Positions 21,644-34,686 of a stretch of 64,000 nucleotides of DNA are shown here, in pieces. The translations under genes and the position numbers were made by a program. The number at the start of each line of letters is the position of its first letter. Positions within the stretch are counted from its first letter, which is position 1. Source of the DNA: an uncultured delta proteobacterium (GTDB lineage Bacteria; Myxococcota_A; Polyangia; Fen-1088); contig CAVTRY010000014.1 in assembly GCA_963737265.1 (NCBI GenBank), forward strand, positions 224,001-288,000. Direction: 5' to 3'. A model generated the notes under the pieces. The model worked only from the letters and a program-made list of their open reading frames with translations. It did not search any database and was not told where the DNA came from.

Positions 21644-22930
21644 CTACTCACCCAGCGCGCGGGCCAGGCTCATGCGCGCAAGCGCGTATTCGTAGCGGGC
21701 GCGCGCGAAGTTGAGGCGGGCCTGAGTAAGCGCTGACTGCGCGTCGAGAAGGTCGGTGGTGTTGGCGCTGCCGGCGGCGAGCAGGACGGTGGTCACGCGG
21801 TAGGCTTCTTCGGCGCTGCCAATGGCGGTGCGGCCGGTTTCAAGCGCGCTGGCGGTCGCGCGCACGTTGGCGAGCTTGGCGGCGACATCCATCTCGACAT
21901 GGCGGCGGGCATCGTCGGCCTGCTCGCTCGCGGCGACGGCTTGCCCCTCGGCGGCGCGGTGTTGGTACCAGCGCGCGCCCCAGTCCCAGATTTGCCAGCC
22001 CGCCTTGAGGCCGATGAATACCGCGTCGGTCTTCGCCAGCGGCTGCCCAGTCATGTGCATGTAACCAGCTTCGAGATCGACGTCGGGCAATAGATCGTAG
22101 GAGCGGGCGCGCGAGCTGGCGACGGCTGCTTCCGCCGAAAGGGTTGCGCTGCGAATCTCACTGCGTTGGTGGAGTGCCTTGGAGACGAGCTGCGCCAAAT
22201 TGCTCTCGGTGCTGTCGGCGGACTCTGGCGTAACTGGCTCAACAAAGGCCACGGCTTCGTCTTGGGGCCCGCGACCAAGTGCGATGAGCAGGCTCGCGCG
22301 CGACACCTGCTCGGCTGCCGAGGCTTGAATCTCTTGTTGTTTGGCATTGGCCGCGGCCACGTCGAGACGCAAAACATCCGCCGGTGTGAGCACACCCGCA
22401 GCAAGCTTTTCTTTCGCAACCTGCAACTGTTCGACCAACTGTACTTGCGAAGCACGCGCGACTCCGGCCAGTGCTCGCGCCTCGAACATGCGCAGGAACT
22501 GTGTTCGCACGTCGTCTCGCAGGTTGGCCTCTTGGGTTTGCACGTCGAAGGCCGCTGCTTCGGCTGAATTTGACAGGGCGTTGTGATCGGACGACAGGTG
22601 CAGAAGACCGAGCAGGGGTTGTCCCAGAGCAGCGACGAACGTGTTGGTGGTCAGATCTCGTGCGAGAAACGACACCGATCCGGTGGGAAGATCAAGCTTC
22701 GGATAGAATTGTGAATCCCACCTCTGCCACTCATCCGAAAGATTCACCGACGGTAAGAGCCGGCCGCGCACACTCTTGGCCTGATCTTCGCTGGCGCTGG
22801 CGCGCGCGCGGGCGGCCTTGAGCGCGCTGCTCGATTCCACCGCCAGCCGCACCACCTCGTCCATGGTCAGGCGCGCGGGCGCATCGGCTGTTTCAAAGGC
22901 CAGCAGGGCCAGCACGGCGAACACGGACAT
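21644..22930 (-). CDS. TolC family outer-membrane efflux protein
   Basis: LLPSVNL, LLPDVDL, W.IWDWG, TTDLLDAQ; last gene of the efflux operon. Confidence 0.92.
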   Translation of the reverse strand: MSVFAVLALLAFETADAPARLTMDEVVRLAVESSSALKAARARASASEDQAKSVRGRLLPSVNLSDEWQRWDSQFYPKLDLPTGSVSFLARDLTTNTFVAALGQPLLGLLHLSSDHNALSNSAEAAAFDVQTQEANLRDDVRTQFLRMFEARALAGVARASQVQLVEQLQVAKEKLAAGVLTPADVLRLDVAAANAKQQEIQASAAEQVSRASLLIALGRGPQDEAVAFVEPVTPESADSTESNLAQLVSKALHQRSEIRSATLSAEAAVASSRARSYDLLPDVDLEAGYMHMTGQPLAKTDAVFIGLKAGWQIWDWGARWYQHRAAEGQAVAASEQADDARRHVEMDVAAKLANVRATASALETGRTAIGSAEEAYRVTTVLLAAGSANTTDLLDAQSALTQARLNFARARYEYALARMSLARALGE

Positions 22931-22932
22931 AC

Positions 22933-24153
22933 CTAGTTCTCCTTGCGCACGTAGACCGTGACGTCGGTGGAAAGACCCGCTTGCAGCGGAAGGTCTGGAC
23001 GCGAGGTCCACGCGATACGCACGGGCACGCGCTGCACGACCTTGACGAAGTTGCCCGAGGCATTGTCGGGCGGAAGCAGAGAAAAACGCGCGCCGGTGCC
23101 GCCGGCCACGCTCTCGACCTTGCCTTCGATCTCGACGCCAGGGAAGGCATCGATGCGCATGCGCGCGGCCTGGCCGGGGCGCAATCGGCCCACCTGGGTT
23201 TCCTTGAAATTCGCGACGACGTAGGTGCGATCCGGCACCAGCTCGGCAAGCGGCTGGCCGATTTGGATCATCTGGCCTGGCTGCACGGACAGTCTCGTCA
23301 CCAGCCCATCTTCCGAGGCCACCACCTTGGTGTAGCCCAGTTGCAATTTGGACAATTCCAACGCGGCCTCGGCCACCTTGATGCGTGCGTGGGCCAGCTC
23401 GGCGTTGGCTTGCGCGGCGGCGATCTGCGCCGCGATGGGCGTACTCTGATCCAGCCGGCCGCGCGCTTCGTCGACGCGCGTGCTGGCCAGACGGCGCATC
23501 TCCGCCGCGGCTTCGACCTGCGCCTGGGCCTGGGCCAGCGCCGCCTGGGATGCGTCGTAGGCGACCTGGGCATTGTCCAGGCGCTCGCGCGGCAAGGCAT
23601 TGCCGGCCACGAGTTGCTTGGTTCGTTGCAAATCCAGCTCACCCTTGTGCGCTTCGGCCTTCGAGCGTTCGAGCCCGGCACGCGCGGCCGCGAGCTGGGC
23701 AGCGGCGTTGGCCACCCCCATCGACGATCCCGAAAAACTCGCTCGCGCCGTCTGCAACCCACCCTTGGCGCTGGCATCGACGACGTGGACCTGGGCATCG
23801 GCCGCCGCGGCCTGGGCACGCGCGGTTTCGAGTTCCGCCTCGGCCTGTTTGGTGCGCGCGGCGAAGTCCGCTTCGTCGATCTGAATGAGAACGTCGCCCT
23901 TCTTCACGCGCTGATTGTCTTCGACCAGGCGCTTGGCGATTTGGCCGTTCACCCGCGCGGCGATGGGGACGACGTCGGCCTCGACCTGCGCGTCGTCGGT
24001 GCTTTCCTGATTTGCGGTGACGAGCAGGTACACGCCGGTGACGATTCCGAACAGTACGACGAGGGCGCCAAGAATGAAAAATGGTTTCTTGTCGCGCCGG
24101 GGCGCTGGTGCCGCGCTTTCGAGCTTGGCGGCAGGGGCTGCGTTGGCTTCCAT
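22933..24153 (-). CDS. EmrA/HlyD family periplasmic adaptor
   Basis: STDDAQV, VANFKETQ, FSLLPPDNASGNFVKVVQRVPVRI. Confidence 0.95.
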   Translation of the reverse strand: MEANAAPAAKLESAAPAPRRDKKPFFILGALVVLFGIVTGVYLLVTANQESTDDAQVEADVVPIAARVNGQIAKRLVEDNQRVKKGDVLIQIDEADFAARTKQAEAELETARAQAAAADAQVHVVDASAKGGLQTARASFSGSSMGVANAAAQLAAARAGLERSKAEAHKGELDLQRTKQLVAGNALPRERLDNAQVAYDASQAALAQAQAQVEAAAEMRRLASTRVDEARGRLDQSTPIAAQIAAAQANAELAHARIKVAEAALELSKLQLGYTKVVASEDGLVTRLSVQPGQMIQIGQPLAELVPDRTYVVANFKETQVGRLRPGQAARMRIDAFPGVEIEGKVESVAGGTGARFSLLPPDNASGNFVKVVQRVPVRIAWTSRPDLPLQAGLSTDVTVYVRKEN

Positions 24154-24156
24154 GAA

Positions 24157-25752
24157 CTACTCCAAATGAATGGGTGCGGATGGCCGGCGGTTGCGAGCGA
24201 TTCTAAGAAAGTAAAGCAGAGGCAGGACGGTGAGAAAAACGATGCCGGCCAGATAGAAAGTCCGCTCGAAGGCGAGCGTCATGCCCTGGCCGAAGACGAG
24301 GCCCGAGAGCGCCTTGAAGGCTCCGCTCTGCGCCGAGGCGCGATCGAGGCCGCGCGCGCCAAGGCCAGCCGTGATCTGGCCGAGGCGAGTTGCAACCTCG
24401 GGACGAAGCTGGGTGATGTGTACGCCGAGGCTGGCGCGCGCGACCGTGCCGTAGCGGGTGAGCAAGGTGGCGAAGATGGCAAGCCCGACAGATCCGCCGA
24501 GCTGGCGAAACAGGGAGTTGAGCCCAGCGGCGTCGGCTAGACGCTGCTTGGGAATGTAAGTCAGCGCCGCGGCGGCGAGCGGAATGAAGAGACACGAGAA
24601 GCCGACGCCCTGGATGAGGGTGGCGAAAATGATCGAGCGCAGGCTGGTCTGCAGCGTGAAGGTAGCCATGGCGAAGGAGCCCAACGACACACCGACCACG
24701 CCGCCGCCGACCAATAGGCGCAGGGAAACGCGACCGTAGAGCTTGCCCACGATGGGATTGACCACGAACATGATGGCCGCGCGCGGAAGCAGCGCCAGCC
24801 CGGTGTCGAGCGCCGAATAGCCGAGCATTTCCTGCATGAAGACCGGCAGCAGAAACAGATTGGCCATCAAGATGGCGAATTGCACGGCGCCGATGAGGGT
24901 GGCGGACAGGAAGGTCCTCTCCTTGAACAAGCGCAAGTCGACGGCGGGCGATGCCGCCGTCAGCTCGCGAATCACGAAGGCGATAAGCGCGACGACACCC
25001 ACCACCATGCAGGCGCAAATCACGCGCGACTCGAACCAGTCGTCGCGCGTGCCTTCCTCGAGCACGTACTGAACCATGGCCAGCCCAATCGCCAACACCG
25101 CGATGCCGGCCCAGTCGATGTTCTTCTTTTCGCGCGCGGCCTGAAGGCGATTGGCGTGCAGGATCTCTTCGTCTTCGTGCACGAAGGTGGTGACCATCAG
25201 AAGGCCAAGCGCACCAACGGGCAGGTTGACGAAGAAGATCCACGGCCAACTGTAGTGGTCGATGATGAAGCCGCCGAGCGTCGGCCCGACCGCTGGCCCG
25301 AGCACGACGGCCATGCCGAACACCGCCATCGCCATGCCTTGCTCGTGGGGTGGGAAAGTCCGGCGCAAAATGGCCTGCTCGGTGGGTTGCAAGGCGCCGG
25401 CGCCCAAGCCCTGCAGCACGCGAAAGAACGCCAGCATGGGCAGCGAGCGCGCGGTTCCGCACAGGGCCGAGCCGATGAGAAACACCACGAGCGACGTCAA
25501 GTAGACGCGTTTTTGTCCGAACATGCGGCTCAAGAATCCGGTCAGCGGCATCACGATGACGGTGGCCACCACGAAGCCGGTCGTGATCCAGGTGATCTCC
25601 TCCAGGGTTGCGCCCACCGAGCCGCGAATGTGCGGCATGGCCACGTTGACAATGGACGCGTCGATGGTGCCCATCAGGGTGCCGAAGGTCACCGACAGGG
25701 TCACCAGCCACTTGTTCACCTTGGGCCGAGGCGCGGTCGTCGCCGCAGTCAT
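24157..25752 (-). CDS. EmrB/DHA2 MFS efflux transporter
   Basis: IDASIVNVAMP, FRVLQGLG, GPTLGG, WPWIFFVNLPVG. Confidence 0.95.
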   Translation of the reverse strand: MTAATTAPRPKVNKWLVTLSVTFGTLMGTIDASIVNVAMPHIRGSVGATLEEITWITTGFVVATVIVMPLTGFLSRMFGQKRVYLTSLVVFLIGSALCGTARSLPMLAFFRVLQGLGAGALQPTEQAILRRTFPPHEQGMAMAVFGMAVVLGPAVGPTLGGFIIDHYSWPWIFFVNLPVGALGLLMVTTFVHEDEEILHANRLQAAREKKNIDWAGIAVLAIGLAMVQYVLEEGTRDDWFESRVICACMVVGVVALIAFVIRELTAASPAVDLRLFKERTFLSATLIGAVQFAILMANLFLLPVFMQEMLGYSALDTGLALLPRAAIMFVVNPIVGKLYGRVSLRLLVGGGVVGVSLGSFAMATFTLQTSLRSIIFATLIQGVGFSCLFIPLAAAALTYIPKQRLADAAGLNSLFRQLGGSVGLAIFATLLTRYGTVARASLGVHITQLRPEVATRLGQITAGLGARGLDRASAQSGAFKALSGLVFGQGMTLAFERTFYLAGIVFLTVLPLLYFLRIARNRRPSAPIHLE

Positions 25753-26330
25753 CGACGTCCCCGCGCTGGGGCGATGCCCTGCCAAAGCCCCGCCACCAGG
25801 CGGCGAGCAAACGCGTCCGCCGACAACGAACGATCCCTTGCCACGGTCTGCAGAAAACAGAAGTTCCACACCGCGCCCATGAAGATGCGTGCCGCGATGG
25901 CTGGATCTCCGTCGACGCGGCCGAGAGCCTTTTCGGTTGCGAAGAAATTCGTCAGGCTGTCCAAGATTTCGCGCGGATGGTGGCACACCTTGCCACTGGT
26001 GGAGCTGTCGCGCTCGGACCAACGCAACATCAGCTTGGGCAGAAACCGGTTGAGAAAGCGGATGCTGTCGAGAGTGATTCGGACGAGATTCCGGCGCAGA
26101 TCCCCTTTGCCCACGAATCGGTCGAGGGTCAGCACGGGCGGCAACGCCTCGTCCATGGCGGTGCGGAACAGCTCATCCTTGGTCGGAAAGCGATTGAAGA
26201 TGCTGCCCTCGGACACGCCGGCGCGCCGGGCGATCTGCACCGTGCTGGCCTTGGTGAAGCCGTGGGCGAGAAACTCGGCCCGTGCGGCGTCGAGGATCTG
26301 CTGATTGGAGATTGTGGGCGTGCGTGCCAT
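25749..26330 (-). CDS. TetR/AcrR family regulator
   Basis: ILDAARAEF..HGF..AST..IARRAGVSEGSIFNRFPTKDELF. Confidence 0.95.
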   Translation of the reverse strand: MARTPTISNQQILDAARAEFLAHGFTKASTVQIARRAGVSEGSIFNRFPTKDELFRTAMDEALPPVLTLDRFVGKGDLRRNLVRITLDSIRFLNRFLPKLMLRWSERDSSTSGKVCHHPREILDSLTNFFATEKALGRVDGDPAIAARIFMGAVWNFCFLQTVARDRSLSADAFARRLVAGLWQGIAPARGRR

Positions 26331-26333
26331 TTC

Positions 26334-26376
26334 TGAGTAGGGACTCAACTATGGGCAATGGCGAACCGTTCGGCAA
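26334..26376 (-). promoter_or_regulatory. Sigma70-like promoter plus candidate TetR operator
   Basis: Minus strand TTGCCG-N17-CATAGT (26376..26348); palindrome TGAGT-N4-ACTCA (26334-26347) between the -10 box and the ATG. Confidence 0.65.
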
Positions 26377-26548
26377 GCAGAATCAGAACCGGGAGGCCAG
26401 CCCGTGCGGAGGCGCCCTGGCGGGAAACGCCCTTCCACCAGAACGCGCGGAAAAAGAAGGGTTCGGAATCTAGACCTAAACGCGGGCAGGTCGTTCGAGG
26501 ATTCAAGGTACGTTGTTGTCGGCAGAGTTCGCTATAGTTGTGGATCGC

Positions 26549-28876
26549 ATGGAGGCCGAAGAAGACACCGAGGCGATCCCCTTCGAGGAAGAGCGACTTC
26601 TCGAGCGGGTGAAGAATAGCCTTCGTGCGGCGGCGGCGCGTACGCCAAGCGAGCGGCCTCGTCAGGCGGATGAAGCGTTGGTCGCCTTGCGCGACGAAAT
26701 CGGCGAGGCCCGTCTCGAAGATGTTCCCGCCCTCGTGGCCGAGATGGAGCGCATGCAACAAGTGGCGCTCACCCGCGCGGATCTGGAGACCTTCCTCGTC
26801 GACCCACGGTCGCCGTACTTTGGACACCTGCGCCTGCGCGAGCGCATCGCCGGCCGGGGCGAGACCGAGCGCGACATCTTCATCGGCCGCGCCACCTTCA
26901 CCGACGCTAAGGCGCGCATCTTCATCGTCGACTGGCGCAACGCCCCGGTCAGCGAGCTTTACTACCGCTACAGCGAAGGCAGCGACTACGAAGAAACCTT
27001 CGGCGAGCGCGAGGTGGAGGGCGACATCGTGGCGCGCCGGACCGTGACCATCGAAGAGGGCGAGCTTGTGCGCGTGGCCAGTGGCCAGGGCGCGTGGGTG
27101 AAGCGGAAAAGCACATGGCATCGCACCGACGTTCCCGTGCGCGAGCTGGCGGGTGGCGAGCGAACCGCCACGCGGCCGGCTCCCCGTCGGGGCGTGCTGG
27201 GCGCGGCTGCCGAAGACGAGCAACGCTTGGATCGACACCTACCCGAGATCGCGGCGCTCATCGATCCCCGCCAATTCGAAATCATGACCGCACGCCATTC
27301 CGGCGTCGTGGTGATTCAAGGCGGCGCGGGCAGCGGCAAGACCACCATTGGCCTGCATCGCCTGGCCTATTTGAATTACGCCCACCCCGACCTCTTCCCC
27401 GCCAGGCGCATGGTGGTGGTGACCCAGGGAACCGCGCTCGCCGCCTACATCGGTCAAGTGCTGCCGGCGTTGGGTGTGCCGGGCGTGCGCGTGCTGACCT
27501 TTCAGGAATGGGCGGAAAAGGAATTGGAGCGGGCCATTCCCTGGATTCGCGCCACGGTCACCAGCGACGTCGTCCCTGCCGTCACGCGCGTAAAGAGTCA
27601 TCCCGCCCTGCTACACGAGCTGGAGCGGCGGGCGCTTCTGCCCAAGGCCAAGCGCGGCCGCAATGCCGTGGTCGAGCTGTGGGCCGATTTGCTGACCGAT
27701 CGGAAGTTGCTGATGTCGCTGATGCGCGATGATCCGGAGCTGCGTGTCTCGGAAGCCGACATCGAGGAAGCCCATCGCCTCCTCGTGACCCGGGTCAGCG
27801 CCATCGTCAGCCGCGATCCTCGCGAACGACCGTCCGAAACAAAGAAGCTGCGGCCAAAGAAGGTAAACCGACAAAGGGAGCTGGACGAAATTAAGAGCTG
27901 GACCGGGCTCGGCCCTTCCGAGGGAGCGCGGGCCAAGACGGTGGATTCCGATCTGCCCGAGCACGTGCGGCGGGTGGAATCGGAGCGCGACGAGGTGGAC
28001 GACGACGAGAACGTGCGCGGCGAGATCGGCATCGATGGCCAACGCACCGAGGACGACCTGCCCATTCTGGACGTGGACGACTTGGCCATTCTGTTGCGGG
28101 CCAACCAACTATTGCGGCAGCCCGAGACGCCTCTCTGCCACCTGTTCGTGGACGAAGCGCAGGATTTGTCGCCCATGAAACTGGCCGCGCTCATCGGTCG
28201 CACCACGCCGAGTGGTCGCGCGGACAATGTCCGGCAGGTTCCGTCGATCACTTTGGCGGGCGACACGGCCCAGCGACTCTTTCTCGACAATGGCTTTGGC
28301 GACTGGCGAGCCGTGCTCGGGCACCTGGGCCTGTCCCACATTGCGGTGGAGCCCCTGCGCATCGCCTACCGATCGACGCGGGAAATTTTGGAGCTCGCTC
28401 GCCACGCCATGGGTCCGCTGCCCATCGACGTGCCGGCGGAGGCCAAGCGCACCGGCGCACCGGTGGAAGCGTTTCGCTTTTCGGCGGTGGGCGCGGCGGT
28501 GGCATTCCTCGGCGAGGCGCTACGCGATCTTTCGGTCCGCGAACCGCGCGCGACCGTGGCTCTGCTCGCCCGCTACCCCGAGCAGGCCGACCGCTATTTC
28601 GAGGGCCTGCGCAGAGCCCAGGTGCCCAGCCTGCGCCGTGTGCGCGTTCAGGATTTTTCCTTCCGCCCCGGCATCGACGTGACCGATGTACGCCAAGTCA
28701 AAGGCCTGGAATTCGACTACGTGGTCATGCTCGACGTGAACGCCCAGAGCTACGGCCCCGACGACGAATCCCGCCACCTCTTCCACATCGCCGTCACCCG
28801 CGCCGCCCATCAACTGTGGTTGCTGGTCACGGGTCGCCCGTCGCCGCTCGTTCCCAGCGAGTGTTTACGCGACTGA
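26549..28876 (+). CDS. HelD-like / UvrD superfamily I helicase
   Basis: SPYFGH, IVDWRNAP, QGGAGSGKTTIGLHRLAYL, VDEAQD, YRST, VKGLEFD, AVTRA. Confidence 0.85.
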   Translation: MEAEEDTEAIPFEEERLLERVKNSLRAAAARTPSERPRQADEALVALRDEIGEARLEDVPALVAEMERMQQVALTRADLETFLVDPRSPYFGHLRLRERIAGRGETERDIFIGRATFTDAKARIFIVDWRNAPVSELYYRYSEGSDYEETFGEREVEGDIVARRTVTIEEGELVRVASGQGAWVKRKSTWHRTDVPVRELAGGERTATRPAPRRGVLGAAAEDEQRLDRHLPEIAALIDPRQFEIMTARHSGVVVIQGGAGSGKTTIGLHRLAYLNYAHPDLFPARRMVVVTQGTALAAYIGQVLPALGVPGVRVLTFQEWAEKELERAIPWIRATVTSDVVPAVTRVKSHPALLHELERRALLPKAKRGRNAVVELWADLLTDRKLLMSLMRDDPELRVSEADIEEAHRLLVTRVSAIVSRDPRERPSETKKLRPKKVNRQRELDEIKSWTGLGPSEGARAKTVDSDLPEHVRRVESERDEVDDDENVRGEIGIDGQRTEDDLPILDVDDLAILLRANQLLRQPETPLCHLFVDEAQDLSPMKLAALIGRTTPSGRADNVRQVPSITLAGDTAQRLFLDNGFGDWRAVLGHLGLSHIAVEPLRIAYRSTREILELARHAMGPLPIDVPAEAKRTGAPVEAFRFSAVGAAVAFLGEALRDLSVREPRATVALLARYPEQADRYFEGLRRAQVPSLRRVRVQDFSFRPGIDVTDVRQVKGLEFDYVVMLDVNAQSYGPDDESRHLFHIAVTRAAHQLWLLVTGRPSPLVPSECLRD

Positions 28877-29131
28877 CGGAACTACGTCGGCTTCGCGGAT
28901 CCAACCATGATGTTGGGGCTTGCAAGAACGGCGGAATGCTCGACTGTTCTGGTTCTTGTGTCGCGACCGTATCGGGTCTGGGGAACTCGTCACTATGGCA
29001 CCCGAGCCCCGCGCCGAACGGAATGTGGCGTATGGTCGTGGACGGCTTCGAATCTCGCGAAACCAGAGGTCCTGATCGTCAACGACGCAGGATCTCCTCA
29101 AGGCGCTGTTTGATGGTAATCTGGTTTGCCC

Positions 29132-30325
<1,194 letters not shown>

Positions 30326-30413
30326 AGCTGACGGCTTACCAGACGTGTGGGCCGGCGTCTAGTCGTGGTCGCGGCGGCAGCTTAGCCCGCCGAAGCCAGC
30401 GCGCGGGAGGGAT

Positions 30414-30436
30414 TGGGAACCCTTTCAGGGTTCCCA
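30414..30436 (-). terminator. Hairpin just downstream of the dnaK2-hypothetical operon
   Basis: TGGGAACCCT-TTC-AGGGTTCCCA, 10-bp stem; no clear U tract. Confidence 0.45.
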
Positions 30437-30438
30437 TC

Positions 30439-31308
30439 TTAGAGAGCCGGCAGAATGTCGATGGCCTTACTTCGCCGCAACGCCGCCAGAATGCGGACAG
30501 CCTCGAAGCGGGGCATACCCGAGCTGTCGATGAGATCGGCGAGGCTAGTCATCCCGTCCATGCGCGACGTAAGCAATGCCGCGCGCTGATCGAGCCCGTG
30601 ATCGGCTAGGGTCTCGGTTGGAATCGCGCGGATCGGGCATGCATGCGGATTGCCCATGCAGGCACGAAAGGCACGCTCGAACAAAGCGCGCGACGGTTCG
30701 ATGAGGTCGTCCACACCGGGCGGCGGTGCGCGCTCGGACAGGTGCAGGGCCAGGTCGGCCGCCAGCGCGGCTGGATCGGCGCGATTGTCGTTCAGCGCTG
30801 ATCGGCACTCACCGATGAGCTCGCTGGCGCTGGCACGCAGATCCTCCGCGTGAACGTGCAGGTCTTCGAACGTGTCGGGGGCCGCCGCGGAATCGTCTCC
30901 CGCTAGTTGCGACAGTTGCCCGTCCATCGAATGCTGCTTGGTCACGATGCCCCAGCCGTTTTCCGGGGTCAGGTTGTCGTCGATTGAAGACCTGACGGCC
31001 GGTCCGTCATGCCGGGGCGACGCGGCGATCGTCACCTTGTCCGACTTGCGTTCGGTCAATGCGGCGAGGAACTGCGGAATCGGCGATTTCAGTGTATCCC
31101 TGCGCGCACGGGAAGGATGCTCACCGGCCTCGATTTCGCTCACCCGCTGGCGGCCAAAGGCGACCAGTCGCCGCGCCTGAAGATTGCCAGGTGCCAGCCG
31201 CTGGGCGGTTTCCCAGTCCTCCAGCGCGTCCTGGGATCGGCCATCTTCGTGGTGCTCAAGCCCACGCTGGACCAGTTGTCGGATCTCCAGCGTTACGTCC
31301 TTGGCCAC
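30439..31308 (-). CDS. Hypothetical protein: N-terminal TPR-like helices, C-terminal winged-helix-like region
   Basis: GLEHH..G..QDALEDW..A..LAP.N; LDQRAALLTSRMDGMTSL.DL; directly downstream of dnaK2. Confidence 0.7.
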   Translation of the reverse strand: MAKDVTLEIRQLVQRGLEHHEDGRSQDALEDWETAQRLAPGNLQARRLVAFGRQRVSEIEAGEHPSRARRDTLKSPIPQFLAALTERKSDKVTIAASPRHDGPAVRSSIDDNLTPENGWGIVTKQHSMDGQLSQLAGDDSAAAPDTFEDLHVHAEDLRASASELIGECRSALNDNRADPAALAADLALHLSERAPPPGVDDLIEPSRALFERAFRACMGNPHACPIRAIPTETLADHGLDQRAALLTSRMDGMTSLADLIDSSGMPRFEAVRILAALRRSKAIDILPAL

Positions 31309-31322
31309 GGCAACCTCGATCC

Positions 31323-33167
<1,845 letters not shown>

Positions 33168-33319
33168 ATGCTTGGACCGTAGAGGATTGAACGCCCCCTG
33201 CAAAATGTACCATGAAGGCGGTAACGCCGATACATCCGGGCTACAACCTCAAAACTATCACGCAACATCACGCAGCCCCTTGACGTGAAGGAGGTTTCAG
33301 CTTAAACCCAACCCCCTCC

Positions 33320-33394
33320 GCGGGCGTAACTCAGTGGTAGAGTGTCACCTTGCCAAGGTGAACGTCGAGGGTTCAAGTCCCTTCGCCCGCTCCA
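33320..33394 (+). tRNA. tRNA-Gly(GCC)
   Basis: Cloverleaf: GCGGGCG/CGCCCGC acceptor stem, anticodon loop TTGCCAA, GGTTCAAGTCC, encoded CCA. Confidence 0.97.
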
Positions 33395-33420
33395 AAGCCC
33401 TGGTAATCCCAGGGCTTTTC
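33394..33420 (+). terminator. Intrinsic terminator after tRNA-Gly
   Basis: AAAGCCCTGG-TAATC-CCAGGGCTTTT. Confidence 0.75.
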
Positions 33421-33436
33421 TTGCTGCGACAAGCCA

Positions 33437-33489
33437 GCACGAGGTAATCGGGCGCATGAGGTAGGAATGAGGTAATCGGAAGGGGAGTG
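33437..33489. repeat. ATGAGGTA triplet motif, copy 1 (direct repeat of 35258..35309)
   Basis: GCATGAGGTAGGAATGAGGTAATC (24 bp) identical in both copies, plus an upstream GAGGTAATCG and a downstream GGGAGTG. Confidence 0.88.
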
Positions 33490-33534
33490 TCACCCTGTTT
33501 CGCTCGCCTTCACATGGATGCTAGGCAGCCCAGC

Positions 33535-34674
33535 TGTGTGCGCAGACCTTTCGCACAAACGTGTACGCAAGAGCGGCATGCCTAAGATCATTGGACTTTT
33601 TGCTGGCCATGTGAGCCATGGCAGATGATGCCTTGGCGATGCTGGACATCCCCACGGCCACCTCACAGACGCGCTGCACGTATGACCACCGTCTCCGGAA
33701 CCAGGTGGTTCGCACTGGCACCAGATGCCTGCCCAAGCACATCAGGATCCCGCGCTCCACCGCTTCCACCTGGCGGCGTCGTGGCCAGCGCCCGGTCGTC
33801 ACCATCGAACCGTTCGACCAGGACAGACAGCAGTTGGTCGACACCATCGCGAAGCTTGATCGCCGAGTGCGCATTCTCGCGGCCGTGGTTCGAATTCTCC
33901 TTGCGCTGCTCCGCGCTTCCGGCTTCACCCTCGCCGGCGAGCGACTCCCCGAAGGCGCCGCCAAAGCCGGCATTCTGCGCGCCGTCACCAGTGCAAGAGC
34001 ATTCCTCCCGCTCGCCGTGATCTTGCGTGTAGCGCACCTCGAACCCGGGCGATACCACCGATGGAATCGTGCCTCCACGGCGGTCTGCGGTTTGGATGAT
34101 CGCTCCTCGTGTCCGCGAACCAGCCCGAGCCAACTCACGCCTACCGAGGTGGCCGATATCAAGGACATGGTGCTGGCCCCTGAGAAGCGCCACATGTCTC
34201 TGCGCACGCTGGCCATGCATGCCCAGCGCATCGGCAAGGTCTTCGCCTCGGTCACCACCTGGGGCAAGCTCGTCCGAGCGCGAGGTTGGCGTCGACCGCG
34301 GCTGCGCGTTCCAACTCGATGATCGAGGCATTCTGGCGTTCGCTGAAACGCCGATGGCTTTACCTCAACTCCCTCGACTCGATTGAGCGGCTTCGCGTTC
34401 TCGTGGCGTTCTTCATCGAGCAGCACAACGCCCAGATGCCACATTCGGCCTTCTCTGGCCAGACCCCGGATGAAATGTACTTTGGCGCGGCGGTCGAGCT
34501 GCCGGCGCAACTGGCGGCGGCCCGGAGCAAGGCGCGGGAGGAGCGTCTCGCAGCGAATCGGGCGATGACCTGCGACCAGTGCAGTGGCCAGCAAACCAGC
34601 CTTCCCGCACCGCCAAATCCTCCATGATTTCAGCGCTGACGCTGTTGCGTACGCTTTTCAGGTCTGCGCACGCA
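33535..34674 (+). mobile_element. Internally deleted IS-like element with an rve/DDE transposase remnant
   Basis: Terminal inverted repeats TG(T/C)GTGCGCAGACCT; transposase N-terminus (33618..~34310) fused to the C-terminal NSMIEAFWRSLK...HN..MPHSAFSGQTPDEMY (to 34627); catalytic D-D region missing. Confidence 0.8.
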
Positions 34675-34686
34675 GCTGGGCGACGT

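Noticed and set aside
22981-26304. Long antisense or alternate-frame ORFs (e.g. 22981..24540, 24880..26304, 29126..30331, 51669..52727)
   Set aside because: Shadow ORFs of high-GC coding strands, with no motifs and fully overlapping well-supported genes.
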